Assembly: GCA_030141605.1 (NCBI GenBank)
Contig: JAQGDQ010000213.1
Location: forward strand, 310,001 to 374,000
Direction of reading: 5' to 3'
Length of the DNA stretch: 64,000 bases
DNA from: Tubiluchus corallicola
Taxonomy: Eukaryota > Animalia > Priapulida
The position numbers were made by a program, and so were the translations under genes. Under the pieces are notes generated by a model. It did not search any database, had not been told where the DNA came from, and saw only the letters and a list, made by a program, of their open reading frames with translations. Each line of letters begins with the position of its first letter. Position 1 is the first letter of the stretch. Below are positions 10,006 through 23,800 of the stretch, piece by piece.

Positions 10006-13000
10006 GAAGAAGAAGAATAATCGTTTATTTATCTTGTAACACACGCACAGTTATAATACAATTAATTTGGTAACAAAAATGTGAAGAAAGGGCAGCGAAA
10101 GACCAATTGGTCATCTAGTCAGCTGCCCTTTGGTTAGTGATGAACATTTTTATAGGCTCTATACTACAGTGTATTAGTGTTAGTACTGCTTATAATAAAA
10201 ACTAAATTGTTGCGAATGACATTAAATTGATATGCTTATAACGTGTTAGTACAATTCATACACAGTAATAATAAGTGCATAATAAAAAAATCAAACTGAA
10301 AATAACTGAAATAAGAACTGAAACAAAAACTGAAATAAAAATCTGACAACAGAAACATAATAACAATGGCAACTGAAATTTACTTTATAACACAAGCATA
10401 ATTCTTAGACATAAGCAAGCGAATGTATAATGGAGTCATAATATGTCATAATAATGTAAAAAAATACAAAGCGAATTTTGATGATCTGAGGTAAAATAAA
10501 TAGGCAGATAGTTAAAGCACAAAAAATTACCTGTATGACTGCATGAGGAGATTGACAATTGGAGTCCAGACTTTGAAAATGATCTACAGAAGTTAGACAA
10601 TAAACAATTAAATATTGAAGTTAATTGAACCTGCTATAACAGTAACTGCTCTTGCACGCAGTTAGACAATTTATTATAGTGGGTAAAAGGAATAAAAGTT
10701 GTTGCAAAATACTGTACGCTTATATGTAGTTAATCTCGGTAATAAGTTTGCAAGAGTTGAAATTTATATAACTTACTCAAGTGACAGATACTAGTTCATT
10801 GCTTAAGATCATCTGAAAGAGTATTCCATAGAATAGTACCATTATGTTTTAAAGTCTGTAGACCTTTTGTTGTGCTAAATCTTTCCTGAAAATAGTTTTG
10901 TTTGGTAGCTGCTCTCGTAGAATACTGGTGAACGTCTCTAATCTTTTTGAAATAATTGCCCCCTTTTTATAGTTGAACATGAATTTCGCTAACTCAAGCT
11001 TATGAATTTCATTAATTTTTAATAATTGCAAAGCATAATAGGAAGGGGTAGCATGATCTCGGAACCCAGCAAAAGTCATTGTTTTGATAATTTTGTTATG
11101 TGCTGCTGTAAGTGGTTTCAGAACAGATTTTTTGCTGTGCCCCATGATAAGATACAATAGTTAATGTGTGGGTACACAATGGCAAAGTAAATCATTTTTA
11201 GTATATCCGTGCTCAAGTAATGCCTCAATTTAAAAAATATACCTGTAACTTTTACTTACTTTGTAGGTAATATTTTTTACGTGTGTTGACCAATTAAGGG
11301 TGTCGTCTATGTAGACGCCCAGATATTTTATGTCTGATACTTGTTCCAATAAACAGTCTTGCATGGATACTGTTATAATGGAGTTTTCATTGTTTTCAAA
11401 TTTGTTTCTTATGATCATAAATTTTGTTTTATTATACTTTACTGTTAACTTATTTGTACGCATCCATGTGTTAATTTTGATCAGTTCTTCATTACTTCTA
11501 AGCTCAAGATTATGCGTGTCGTTGTCTGCTAAGAAGAGGTTAGTGTCATCAGCAAAAAGTTGTGTTTGCATGTTAGTACAAAGAGGGAGGTCATTTATAT
11601 ATGTCATGAAAAATAGTGGACCCAAGGTGGATCCTTGAGGTACACCACATTGTATTGGGCATAGGTCAGAGGCAAAATTGTCAACTACCGTAAATTGGTG
11701 TCTGTTCGTAAGATATGACTGGAATAGTTTTTGCGTGATTCCACGGATACCATAATAGTCCATTTTGTTGAGTAAAATGTCGTGTTGAACGGTGTCAAAA
11801 GCTTTTGTTAAATCAAGAAAGATGCCGCAGGTAAGTAATTTATTGTCTAGGTTTGTCAGAAGATTGTCTATGATTTCAGCAGTTGCTAATATTGTGGAAT
11901 GATTTTTGCGGAAACCGAATTGAAAACACGATATTGTATCATTTTTGATTGAATATGTCATCAGGGGTTTATATAAGATTGACTCGAAAATTTTGGCAAT
12001 GGGTGATATGAGTGAGATGGGTCGGTAGTTGTTCAGCTCATTTGGATCATCTTTTTTATATATGGGGATTACTTTTGCCAGTTTTATATATGGAGTGTCG
12101 GTGAACGTCCCAGTCAGAATTGACGCATTAAACAGATTTGTAAGCGGAGTTAAAATTATGTTTTTTGACATTTTGAAATATGTAATTGGGATGTCATAAG
12201 GGCCTTTTGCTTTATTGGGATCTAGTCTATCAATAGCTTGAGAAATCTCGATTTCGCTAACTGGTGTGATATAGAAAGAATTTTCTTGGGGATGCATTAA
12301 ATAGTCTGTATACTTACAGTTTTCGGGTTGTGTTATGCGTGATGCTAGTGATATACCAATGTTTGCAAAAAAAACTGTTAAAAGCATTAGGTTTATGGTG
12401 CGGGTCACGTGAAGTCGTGCCTTGGTAACGAACTTTAGTTGGCATTATACTAGCTGTCTTTTTTTTTATTTTAAGAAGTTCATTGATAGTGCTCCAAGTT
12501 TGTTTCATGTTATTTTTGTTTGCAAGCAAGATCTGAGAGTAATACTTCTTTTTGGATGCATGTTTGATGTGATTAAGTTTGTTAGAATATGTTTTATATA
12601 AATTTTGCTTATACAGCGAGTTGGATAACTTGTGTGTTGTATACATACGGCTTCTTATTTTAATAGAATTGAGAATGCCGGGAGTGATCCATGGTTTAGC
12701 TATAGTTTTTGAGTTTTTCCTTGATAACGTTTGGAGTGGGGCATGTTTGTCAAGTAATGTTTTAAACGAGTCCATGAATTGTGAGCAGTAAGAGTGTATG
12801 TCTGCTTCGCCATCATTCAGTGTTAGGTTACTTATATTAACTTGAAGCTCGCTTAAAAAGTTACCTTGATTGAATGATCTCGTACATCTGACTGATTTTT
12901 TAATGTTGTTGTGCAGGAGATTGGTATTTCTTATAATGGCAAATACTGGCAAGTGGTCCGCAATGGGGTTAGTAATGATGCCAGATGTGATGGGTGTAGA

Positions 13001-14037
13001 AAGATTATTAGTATAAATATGATCAATTAGGGTTTGTGACGTTGCAGTAATTCTAGTTGGTCGCGTGATAATTGGTGTAAATTGATTTGAGAAAAGCATG
13101 TTGAGATACTTATTAATAAATGGTTTGTGATCATGTTGATGTAAATCTATATTAATGTCTCCACATATATAAGCTGGTTTGCCTGTGGAGTTAATAGTGC
13201 AAAGAACTGATTCTAATTCGTCATGAAAATGTTCGACTGGGGTGTTTGGATGCCTATATATTACTCCAGATATAAAAGATTTTTTGTTATCGGTGGAAGC
13301 AATTTCAAGCCACAAGTGCTAGTCTACTAGTTGTACTAATCCCATTAACAATAACACTTTTACAAGTTCTTATTTTGTATTCAGGTTTAATTTTAAAATT
13401 GAGGCTAGATTTTACATACACACCTTCGCCACCAGCAGCTGTATTGGAATCATAGTGTAAGAAAGAATATCCTGGTATATTACACAAAAAAGGGTCAGAT
13501 TCGTGAATTCTGGTTTCCGAGATCGTTATCAACTCAGGCATTTTTTTGAAATCGTGTTAATGTATCAGTCATGTCTGAATAGTATTTCCTCAAACTTGAT
13601 GTGTTAAAGTGTATTATAAATGTGTCATTGTTTGCTTTATCTGTGGATTTATCACTACTCAGATTTGCAAGATTAATGTATTTGCTGTCATACTGAAGTC
13701 TATAATTGTCGATGTCTGTATCATCTCTATTACAGTGGACTAGCGAAGAAGAGTCAAAAATTGATGAAAAGCAAGATAAATTTTTTACAAAATTAGAAAA
13801 TTGATAGTGATTAGCCATTTCCATAAATTCATCATCATCAATGAACTGCAAAGGAAGCACATCATTAATGCATTGCTTGCAGAAGTAACTGTCATTAGAA
13901 CTTGCTAAGTTTACAAAATCATGATGAGACAACATTGTACACTTTAGATGTGTCCAGAGGGAACACACATCACATTGAATTGAGTTTTGATTTGCTTTGC
14001 AAGTTCTATTACACTTAGTACTATTAAGGCTAACCAT
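9969..14037 (-). mobile_element. CR1/L2-group (Crack-like) non-LTR retrotransposon, ORF2 frameshifted, 3' end intact
   Basis: Collinear ORF pieces: PHD finger (13534-14037), APE endonuclease (ISETRI, GGEGVYV, CGDINID, TLIDHIYTN, DHLPV), RT (NYRPISL, FLDLTKAFDTV, GVPQGSTLGP, LFADDT, YLGVYID). The 3'UTR ends in a stem-loop (10087-10131), AATAAA (10029-10024) and a (TTC)n(TTA)n tail. Similar-textured sequence continues to ~14280 and 15350-15600. Confidence 0.92.
10087..10131 (-). other. LINE 3'-terminal stem-loop
   Basis: Perfect 10-bp arms aaagggcagc / gctgcccttt enclosing the palindrome gaccaattggtc, about 60 nt before the polyA signal and tail, as expected for the L2/CR1 RT-recognition hairpin. 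Confidence 0.75.
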
Positions 14038-14281
14038 TACAATGGGTTATTGATTGAAACGAGTGAAGAAGTGATTAGTGTTTTAATTTATCTACATCAT
14101 CTACCAATAACACAGGTTGCCTCCTGACACTGTGCACCAGATCACAAATGTCAACAACTAAACCCATTAACTTACAACCAGTTATCCGACTAATAAGTCC
14201 AACAATCGACTAGTACAATCTAGCACTGAGCCAATAAAAAACCAACCAACTACCGACCATCTGATCAACCAGTTAGCTGAC

Positions 14282-15346
14282 CGGTGCTAGGCGTTTTCGA
14301 CACAAGTTATTTTGACCTAGGCTATATGGACACATAGGACATTTGGACACAAGGATATTTGAGCACATAGGTTCATTTGGACACATGGGCCATTTAGACA
14401 TATAGGACATTTCGACACAATGGCATTTCGACACAAGGAGATTTGAACACGTAGGACATTTCGACGCAAGGACATTTCGACACACGACATTTCAACACAA
14501 GGACAGCTGAACAAATTTGGATACAGGCAAAAATTTGTTATATGATGTTGTTACAAGAAACAGTACAGTGCCTTATATGTATAGCACTAGGCAGCTCAGT
14601 GATTACCATATTCTGACCTTATGAAAAATTTCATCGTTTACAAGGATCCTATTTAATGGAATAACTTGGCATTTGACATCAAATATCGGTCGTGTTTTAA
14701 AAAGAAAATAAAAATCATACTACATGTACAATATTTTTATAATGCCAAATAATATTTATTGTACATTTTTTATTTTTATTATTGGAATATTTTGTTTTAG
14801 TAAATGTGGTCTTATAAAGCTGGTGACTTAGCGGCCAGTCATAATTGTTTTATTTGTATTATGAAAATGGTGTATTTTATCGATCATAAACCTATTTTTA
14901 GGTCAAATTTTTATTATTTATTAACGATTCATTTTCACTTTTATCTTCATTTACTTAATATACATTTATTAAAGTAAATCCAGTATTGTGCGTATGAATG
15001 TTTTTATAGCAATAAACCAAACTAAACAAAATTAACAAAACCTGAAAGCGCACTTTAGCACACAGTGACTAAACAGTGACTGAATTCAAGTTACCAACGT
15101 GTCTAAATGTCCTATGTCAAAAATACTAGTGCTCAATTGTTCTATGTATCCAAAACTCCTAGTGCAAACAGCAACGCTATGTGTCTAAATGTCCTTGTGT
15201 CCAAATGTCCTATGCGTGGAAATGTCCTTGTGTCGAAATGTCCTATGTGTCTAAATGTCCTGTGTGTCCAAATGTCTTTGTGTCGAAATGTCCTCTGAGT
15301 CCAAATGTCTTGTGGGGAAATGTCTGTATTGAAATGTCTGCACTCC
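14282..15346. mobile_element. Foldback-type non-autonomous element with arms built from 16-17-bp subrepeats
   Basis: Left arm (14282-14530) is tandem ggacatttcgacacaa-like units; right arm (15097-15346) is the reverse complement, ttgtgtcgaaatgtcc units; AT-rich spacer between them. Confidence 0.75.
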
Positions 15347-16499
15347 TAACCGTGCACTTAGACACTAGCCATCCGTCAGACCAACTGGCCAACTGCCTGT
15401 CTATGTACAGACAACTGTAGCAGCATTAGTGACAATTTGGTACCGCTCAAATAGCTTGTTCTTGATGGGCTAACAACTAGCAAGTCAAGAACATATCACT
15501 GTGTTGTCAAACAGTAGGTGGCAGCAAGAAGTTATCGTGGGTTACTGCTAGCGACTCGCTAACCAGGCTTCCTGCTATATCCACCCATACATGCCAGCTT
15601 ACTAAATAAAAACTCAACGGAAATAGAAGTAAACCGAGAAAAAAGATAAACGATAAAAAAACGGGAATGGGGTCAGTAAGATATGGGACATCGAAAAAAG
15701 GGAGATAAAAAGGAAAGAAAAGAAACTAGAAAAATGGAAGCAAGAAAATAAGGAGCTCAAAATTATAAGAAACAAAAGGCTATCGAGTGACTATTAGGAC
15801 TACTAACTTAAAATTAGAACAATAAGAGTGAAACAAAAATGTTAATGCAAGAAAAAATGTAAAGTTGAAAGACAGAGAGACAGCATGGAAGAAAGAAAAA
15901 GAAACATTTTTTCATTTCGCTATAGTCATCAAAAGCTACATTATCCATAGATACAGCAGCCAGCCTTCAATCCAATACCTGAACTCGGTTTCCGTGACAT
16001 TAATATCCTTCTAATTTAAAAAAAGTTCGCGTGGGTTATCAAGGTTTAACTCTTTTGAAGTTCAGTCGCTCTAATCGCCCTTACGTATATTGATTAATAT
16101 TTCGTATCATTCACTTTTCACTAATGACGCAATATATATATAGCTTGTTGAATTTTGTGGAATGTGTGTTAACAGCATAGGGCGACAAGCTCTTTTTCGC
16201 AAAACTAACACGATCTAGGCGGTAATTCATCGATTTTCTGTAAAATAATGATTATCAGCGGTGTCGCCTTAGCTTTTATCAATTGATTCGCATGAATGCC
16301 CATAGTTTTCTCTTCTATTGTTATATCGACTTTTCGTCAGAAATTTTGAAGAAAGCCACAGTGTCAGTATAGTTCTGTGCGGTATTTATGCTGCTGTCGT
16401 ATTTACAGATTCGGGCACTTTATAATTAATAATTTGACTATTATAAAAATTTAATACAAACGAGTTTTATAGTTGTCCAATTATCAAGAATCGAAAAAT

Positions 16500-16940
16500 G
16501 ATTCTTATGATTTATACGTATATTGCGTCAGTTTTGTGATAAGTTAGCAGTCGAGTCTGAAAAACATGTTTTATTGCATTGTCCCTTTTATGATGATATT
16601 CGCATTTTGTTGTTTCAGTGTCCAAGCGCAAAAATCAATAATTTTAGTGAGTTCAACGATAATGATAAATTACGTCAGATACTGTCAGGTGATATTTGTT
16701 TAAAAGAATGTGCCAAAACTAATGCTGGAAAGAATAAAGATTTTTAACTAATGTGTATTAACGTTTGTTTACTGACTGTTTTAATTTATATGTAAAATGT
16801 TTGTTTTTAATGATTTTTAAGGTGTCTCATGACTTTGCCGATAGAGTGGCTTTTATGTTTACTGTAACTGTGCGTACTATCGTGTTTTACATTGTTGTAA
16901 AATGAAAGGGGACACTATAGTAAACAAACAATACTATAGA
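16500..16940 (+). mobile_element. 5'-truncated non-LTR retrotransposon 3' fragment
   Basis: QFCDKLAVESEKHVLLHCPFYDDIR matches the C-terminal CCHC motif of LINE ORF2; followed by a stop and a 3'UTR-like AT-rich tail. Confidence 0.65.
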
Positions 16941-18210
16941 ATAATTATATTTTATGTAGAATGCATGATCTAATAAACTTAATTTAAAACACACGTAAGC
17001 AGAAACTTGTTTAAGGTAACATAAATCGTTATTTGTTACTAAGTGGGATGGATTTCGATATATAACGCAGTATCCTACGCATATTTCGGCCTAATCCTGT
17101 TATGCTGTGTGTGTGGGACTGCAATTTCACTATAAACTTAGCTGGAAGTGAAAACAGGGGAATTTACAACACTACCGCCATAAGGTGAAGTAAAGTGCCA
17201 CATTTCTGTCTCGCCTAGTCGCACTTTTATGGCACCAACAATAAAATAATGCACGAACGTTCGGGGCCAATATTACAAACTGTTCAGTGAGGACAGAGTC
17301 AGATGTATTAGTTATTAATTTTTTTACATAGCATCGTGACCAAGACTGAGCTTAGCTACCAGAATTAAGCAACGTTTTGGGTGGTTAGTAAATGGATGAG
17401 TGATTGTTAAGAAAATTGTTCCTACAATCATTTATCTCGTTGAAAGAAAGTATGTATACGTCTCTTTCAGTTCAGTATCTCGTCTTAGTTGCAGTGTTCG
17501 GAACAGCACAAAACATTGTTATATGAAGGCCAGTTCTATGGACATGCAGTTTTGATAAAGTGAGAGAACATTGACCAACAGTCACCAACCATTTTCGTTT
17601 ATAAATAAAACTTGTTATTTGAACAAATTAGCGAAATAAAAAAGCAACGACAATGTGGATAATGGCGATTTGTACCGCTATAAACAGCGTGCTATAGTCG
17701 ACGAAATTTATTCTAATGGTTAGTTTTCGTTTCTGAAAACCAAAATTAAATTTTGATGTTGAAAAGCGATAACGAAAACGGTTATGCCAGATGCGAGAAC
17801 ATGTCTGTGGAACTGGTGACGTGTATCGCAAATAGCGGCCGACCAGCAAGTGACAACATGGCATTTGTTAGTACATGCAGTTCGTGCTAGAAAGCCTAAG
17901 GGGGTTATGACTGTTAAAAGGAAAAGAGAGAGTGGGGTAGTAGAAAAGGGCAGTAATAAAAACAATGTTTGGCTGAAAGTAGTTAGGTGGGTTTTGGATT
18001 TCTTCTTCATAGTTTACAAATTTTTATTTGCGCGCAAACACAAATAGACAAGACAAAAGACGTATTTATTGGAGTATTCACGAGGAACTTGAAAGCTAAG
18101 TTTCGGCTGCTATTCCTTAACTCTTAGCCTTTCAAGCGCAGCCAACTGTGAGTAGCTAAGTTGTACCCTGCAAACTCACAGCCCTGACACTGCATCTATG
18201 GCAACTAAAA

Positions 18211-18362
18211 TAACTCAAAACTATGTAAATGCAATATACGCGATTGCTATAATTTGTACCGTATCTTTCATCTTACCTGAAGTTTTAATTCAGAAATATG
18301 TAAATGCAATATACACTACTGTTATAATTTGTACCCCAATTTTTATCTTAGCTGAAATTCTC
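18211..18362. repeat. Diverged tandem duplication of a 75-bp unit, possibly inside a small MITE (~18137-18375)
   Basis: tatgtaaatgcaatatac...tataatttgtacc...atctta.ctgaa occurs twice, 75 bp apart; imperfect inverted flanks gcagccaactgtgag / ctcaaatgggctgc. Confidence 0.6.
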
Positions 18363-19579
18363 AAATGGGCTGCATTATTATGATTAGTATAAACTGAAAT
18401 AGTTGCAAAAAATTATATGGGCACACAATGTTCTCAAAGAGCTGTTTTTTGAGCCGCCTTGATCAAGTGGAAAAAGTTTGTGGGCATAATTATAGCTCTA
18501 GTGTCTTTTTTTAAAATTATGCTAATGGTTAATTTTCGTTACATATTAAAGCCATCGAAATATCGATCAACAAATTTCATATCTAATAGCTAAAGAACAA
18601 CACCATTGTAGTTTCTTTCCTTGCATGTTGTTTAGAGTTCGTGTAAGAGAATCGTAAAGTCAACAACCTTATCACGAACAGCACCTTTGTCATCTTCGCA
18701 TTGAAAGGAAAATAATCATTTCGACCCCTTCAACAGCTTTTTTCAAACTGTTGCGAGGTAACTCCTCCTGAATATAATTCACAATTTTCTTCACACACTT
18801 CTCGACAAGGCTTACTAAATGCGATGTTTGTGACCTAACACATAATCAAGGACATTGCGCCAGGCGAGCCACTGAACCAGCCGAGGTGCCTTGGCCACAT
18901 TCGAATATATAATCATCCTTCCTCTAAAATTAATATTATTTAATATCAGTAATAACGTTGTAGCTTATAGGTTTTTTACTATATGCAACTAACAGCGCTA
19001 TGATCACGATATCTAGCGTTGAAGAAATACATAACGGAAAACGCGCGTAAAAACACAGTAAGTCACGTCAGCTATAATTTCGGAAAAAAACATGCTTTAC
19101 GAACACAATATAATTCCCGACCGCAAAGCCCACTCCGCAGGGCTTCTGCTAATAAGCAAAGATGGGAAACCTTTCAGTCGGCATTTTTATCTGTAAAGTC
19201 TGTATTCTCGCCAGGTATTCTCCTAATTGGTAATCAGTACTGTCCCGGACGGAATTGTTTTATGGCATTTCGCAATTTCGGAATTGTTATCAACACGTAG
19301 TTGTGACATGTAACAAAGAAGGCCTACTCTTCAAAAAAGGTACATTGATCTAATCTTCTGAAATTTTACCACGTGACTAAATCTTTGGATTCTTGTAAAT
19401 TTGCTAGCGAAACTCAAATTTTGACAGACCGGTTGTTATAAATACTTAACTCTCTCCAACACTTGTTCCTAGGGAGTTTGTGGGAATGTGTGTACCTCAT
19501 CAAGTTCGGCGAGGCTAACAAATCGAAATCTGAAAACACAGATCGCTACAGGCATTACTCTGTGTCTATCTATTTACTC

Positions 19580-19840
<261 letters not shown>

Positions 19841-20201
19841 TCTGTTTTTTCTATATCACTTTTCAGTAAATTACTGTAATTCTGATGTTGAATGTGAAAG
19901 CTACTCCTGTCCCACCAGCAATAAAATGTATGCCTATGAATAGCCTGCTAAGTAATTCCCCGAATTTTAGATCATTCAATCATTGTTATCATTATTGCCC
20001 AATAAGTAGCCTAGAATGTATTAGTTGCGAAAACCAGACAAAGATTAGTTACTTATTTAATCTTAAACAACTCCAAAGTAACGTGAAATTTATGCCTACA
20101 ATTACAGAATTAAATTTAGCCATTTTGTACCGCCTTGTCACAGACTAAAAGTCAAGACAGGACGTTGGCATAGTCCCGTATTAGTCCGGTTAAAATAAGG
20201 T

Positions 20202-20880
20202 ATGAACCATACAAAAATAGCCTAAAGCTGAATTTTTGCACAAACACCCATAAAGTCGTCTGGTATAACACATCCAAAATCCCCTGAAATCCACTTTGAG
20301 CGAAAAAGGTATGGGGCTTTAAATCAACTAAAAAACCTAGACTGCATTAATGTATTACCAGCTGATATAAAAGTATATATTGTTCTATGTGCAAAATAAT
20401 GTTTCAAGATCATTCAAGGTCAAGATCATTCAAAATTGCTACAGGGTGCCGATTTGAAGTCAAAGTGACTCAAATGCGAAGCACGAAATAAGCAGTAAGT
20501 AAGCAAATATACGCATTTTTATATCAGTTGATAATACATTTGCAATCTAAAATAATTGACTATTTAATCTAAAATGTTTTCTAGTTGAATAATTTTAACT
20601 TTGATGTAGTTTTGGTGACCACTTTGAGTGATTTTGACCTTGAATGTGCTTGAAACACTATTTTTCTGATAGACCATATGCACTTTTATACTGGTAATAC
20701 ATTTTATGCGATCTTTAATGCTACCTAGTTGCGTCGTTTTGGCTTTAAAACTGTATTAACGACCATTTTTAATTAAAAGTCCCATAAATGGATTTCAGGG
20801 GATTATGGGTATGTTATTCTGTACGACTTTTTGGGTATCTATGCGAAGATTCAGCTTTACACAATTTTTGTACGGGTCAT
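20202..20880. mobile_element. ~680-bp long-inverted-repeat MITE/foldback
   Basis: Left arm atgaaccatacaaaaatagcctaaagctgaat...atcccctgaaatcca...tgtattaccag...ttcaaggtcaagatca is mirrored by tgattttgaccttgaa...ctggtaataca...tggatttcaggggat...attcagctttacacaatttttgtacgggtcat. Confidence 0.8.
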
Positions 20881-23800
20881 TGCGAAGGAGCCAAAAGTCG
20901 GATATAAATAAGGAAGCATGCTAAGGTGAAGAACACGTTGCATAGTACCCGTTCTTACTGTTTGGTGATGCTCTTGAGTTACGTGACAGTGACCTTGCAC
21001 CTAGAGGAAAATTCACAAGAGACATTCTGAACCTATTTATGTAAGTAACAATTAAGTTGCCTAATATTTATTTTTGATATTTTTAATTATTATCTGGTTG
21101 GTAACATCATTCCGTTATTATTATCTTAAATTCTTACTGCCATTATTGTGTATTTTCATTATACTATGGCAAAATTTGTAAGCTAGTATTGCGTCATTCG
21201 TAATACTGCGCGTTGTCTTGTCGGTCTTAATGATAACTCTGTAAAACAGTAGCTTAGACTGCATGAATCGCACGTATTTCCAAAAAACTAGCTCAGTTTG
21301 ATAATCTTTGTTAGGTTTCCTGCAATTAATTACTTTCCATTGGAAACAGTATGTGGATGTTTTAATTAAAAAAATTTCAGTAATCTCATCGCAAAATGAA
21401 ACGCGACTATATAAATGGCCACCAAGATTAGTAATAACAAATTCAGTAATTTCAGTTGATTAAGTAATAACTTAGGTAATATTATGAAATTTATACAAAA
21501 TAATAACAGAGTTTTAAATGTGCCAAACGCTAGTAAATTAGTCCAAACTGTTTAACTCAAAAATGGGGCAGCAGGATAAAGCAAAACAATTTTCAGGGAA
21601 GCCCTTGAAGTTTGCATTTTTATTGTGAAACATTCACTATGGTCAAATTTCAAAATGACCGCCTTGATATCCTACAAATAATGGACTTAATGAAAAATGT
21701 ACACTTTGGAAAATATAAATTGAGTAACAGCTGATATAAACATTAGTATAAACTTACCAACAACATACGGGCAGTCAGGGAGGTCACCAGCATGTAATTG
21801 CATTGTAGAAATCTAATGCGAAATTGTTCAATTCTCACCTATCATTCTGTCTAAAGAAAAATTGACTCTGGTTAAAAACTTTCTCTCAGTCACTAACTGT
21901 ACAAGTTATAAATGCTTTCTGTGGTTATAAAGACATTCCTGAGGTTAGTGCTTAGGTTAACAAGTGTCCGGGTTAGAAATAACCAAGTTACCAAAATATG
22001 TGGTATGATAAGTACCTGGTTACCAAGAATCAAATGTTTGCCGTAGAAAGCCTCTCAATTGTTATAATTATCTGGTTTAGCAAATTCCCAAGTTACTAAC
22101 TTCTGGGTTCAAATAAGTAATCTTAGTTTTTAGAGCTCCGCATGACGAGTGAGCTGACAAACTCAGTGTATAACTCAATCATAGCGTATCGCAAACAATT
22201 TCTTATCACAGAATAGTATAATTAATCTGTTAGTGTTAGTCTTATATAATTCAACTGTAATGTATTTGAGGGTACATATCTAAAAACATCTCTTCATTAT
22301 TATTGTCAGCATCTTTATATCAGCATGGTGACAGCCATCGATGTCACTATCATCATAGTTGCATTTATCATGGCCAGAAGCAACCAACATCTAGTTAATG
22401 AGTTTAATTAAATTTTTGCCTTTCGCCCTAGGAAATTTTGAAAATTTCTTGTCACAATCGTCTCAAGAGTCACTAGGGTCGCAGAGTACCGGCTACTTCC
22501 AATTTGATGCCCACAACATATTGTTTTTAATTCTAAGCAAGACTATAGTTATTATGCACATATGAGATTCAAGCACTCATAATTCCAAGATTCAACTCAA
22601 AAATCAACGCTAACGATGCAGCAACGGGCAGACAGGCTCACATCTTCACTTTAAGCTCAGTTAGCATAATATAACAATTTCATAACATTCACTGCCAGTC
22701 GCATAGTGGGATTACAACCTTTTCCAAATGTTTACAGGTTTGAAAGTTTTTAATTGGGAAATAGCTAAGTAGTTAAATACATGCTGCCAAATTGCAGTCA
22801 GCTATATGCCACAAACGCATGGGGGATATTATACATATACATATAGGGAACATTTCTTTGACCAAATGACCCGCATTATATGAAGTTGTCGGGTGATTTG
22901 GTCAACGAAGCGTTCGCTATTAGAAATTATGCACAATTAATTAACGCTAATTTTTTGCATGCAGGGTAAAAAATCGTATAATGGTAGTTTAGTCTCTCCC
23001 TGCAGAGCTGCCACGGGAACAAATCTTAGATTGCAATATCACAAGTGAAAGCTGATTACCGACTGCCAAAGATCCTTCAATGCCATAAAATGCTTATTAT
23101 AAACGAGAAAAAACGTATTTCAGAAAAGCTGATTAGGTTTTCGAAGAATTGTTCTGCAAAGTGGATAGCCTACTTCCTTTTATGGTTAACGAGCATAATA
23201 ACTCACCTGCATGCGTGGAAAATGTTACCTGCAACAACAATGGTCGCGTGGCGAAATGTGATTTTATTTTAGTGAATTTGTTCAATTCATAGGAGATGCA
23301 AAAAGCTTTTGTAAAAAAAGGAGAGACAGTGAGGTCACGGAAAAATTGTTGTTATAGCCAATATAACCGAAACTGCAGGAAAAAAGTGATGCTAACAAAA
23401 TTTTAAAGAAGTCCTTGTACTTGCTGTGTGTATGACATTAAGAAAACAGAAGCAATATTAGTAAACTGAAGTATTTTTAAAATAAGTAATTAAGTTATGC
23501 TTTGTGTAATTTACTATCAAACGTGTCACATTTCACAATTTAACGAATTTCTAGATCATATTTGGAGTTGCATAATGCGTAAAATATACAGATTGGCAGA
23601 ATATTGAATACAAATTAAAATCACTGAAAAGTGGGAAAACTTATTTCTACAGTTCTGCAGCTGAGCTCGAAGATATATGATTGCAGAGCTGAGTTTAGTT
23701 AACTCAATGGTTATATTGCAAGTTGAAAGAAAAATCTGTAAAACACTCTGATAATTAAATGTTTATTACAGTTAAACACACAGCTATTTATAAAGCCACC

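Noticed and set aside
14282-15346. CRISPR-like appearance of the short repeats, and the Cys-rich ORFs at 14273-14514 and 15107-15420
   Set aside because: Units are contiguous without unique spacers, the two arrays are inverted, the context is eukaryotic and no cas genes are present. The ORFs are translation artefacts of the repeat.
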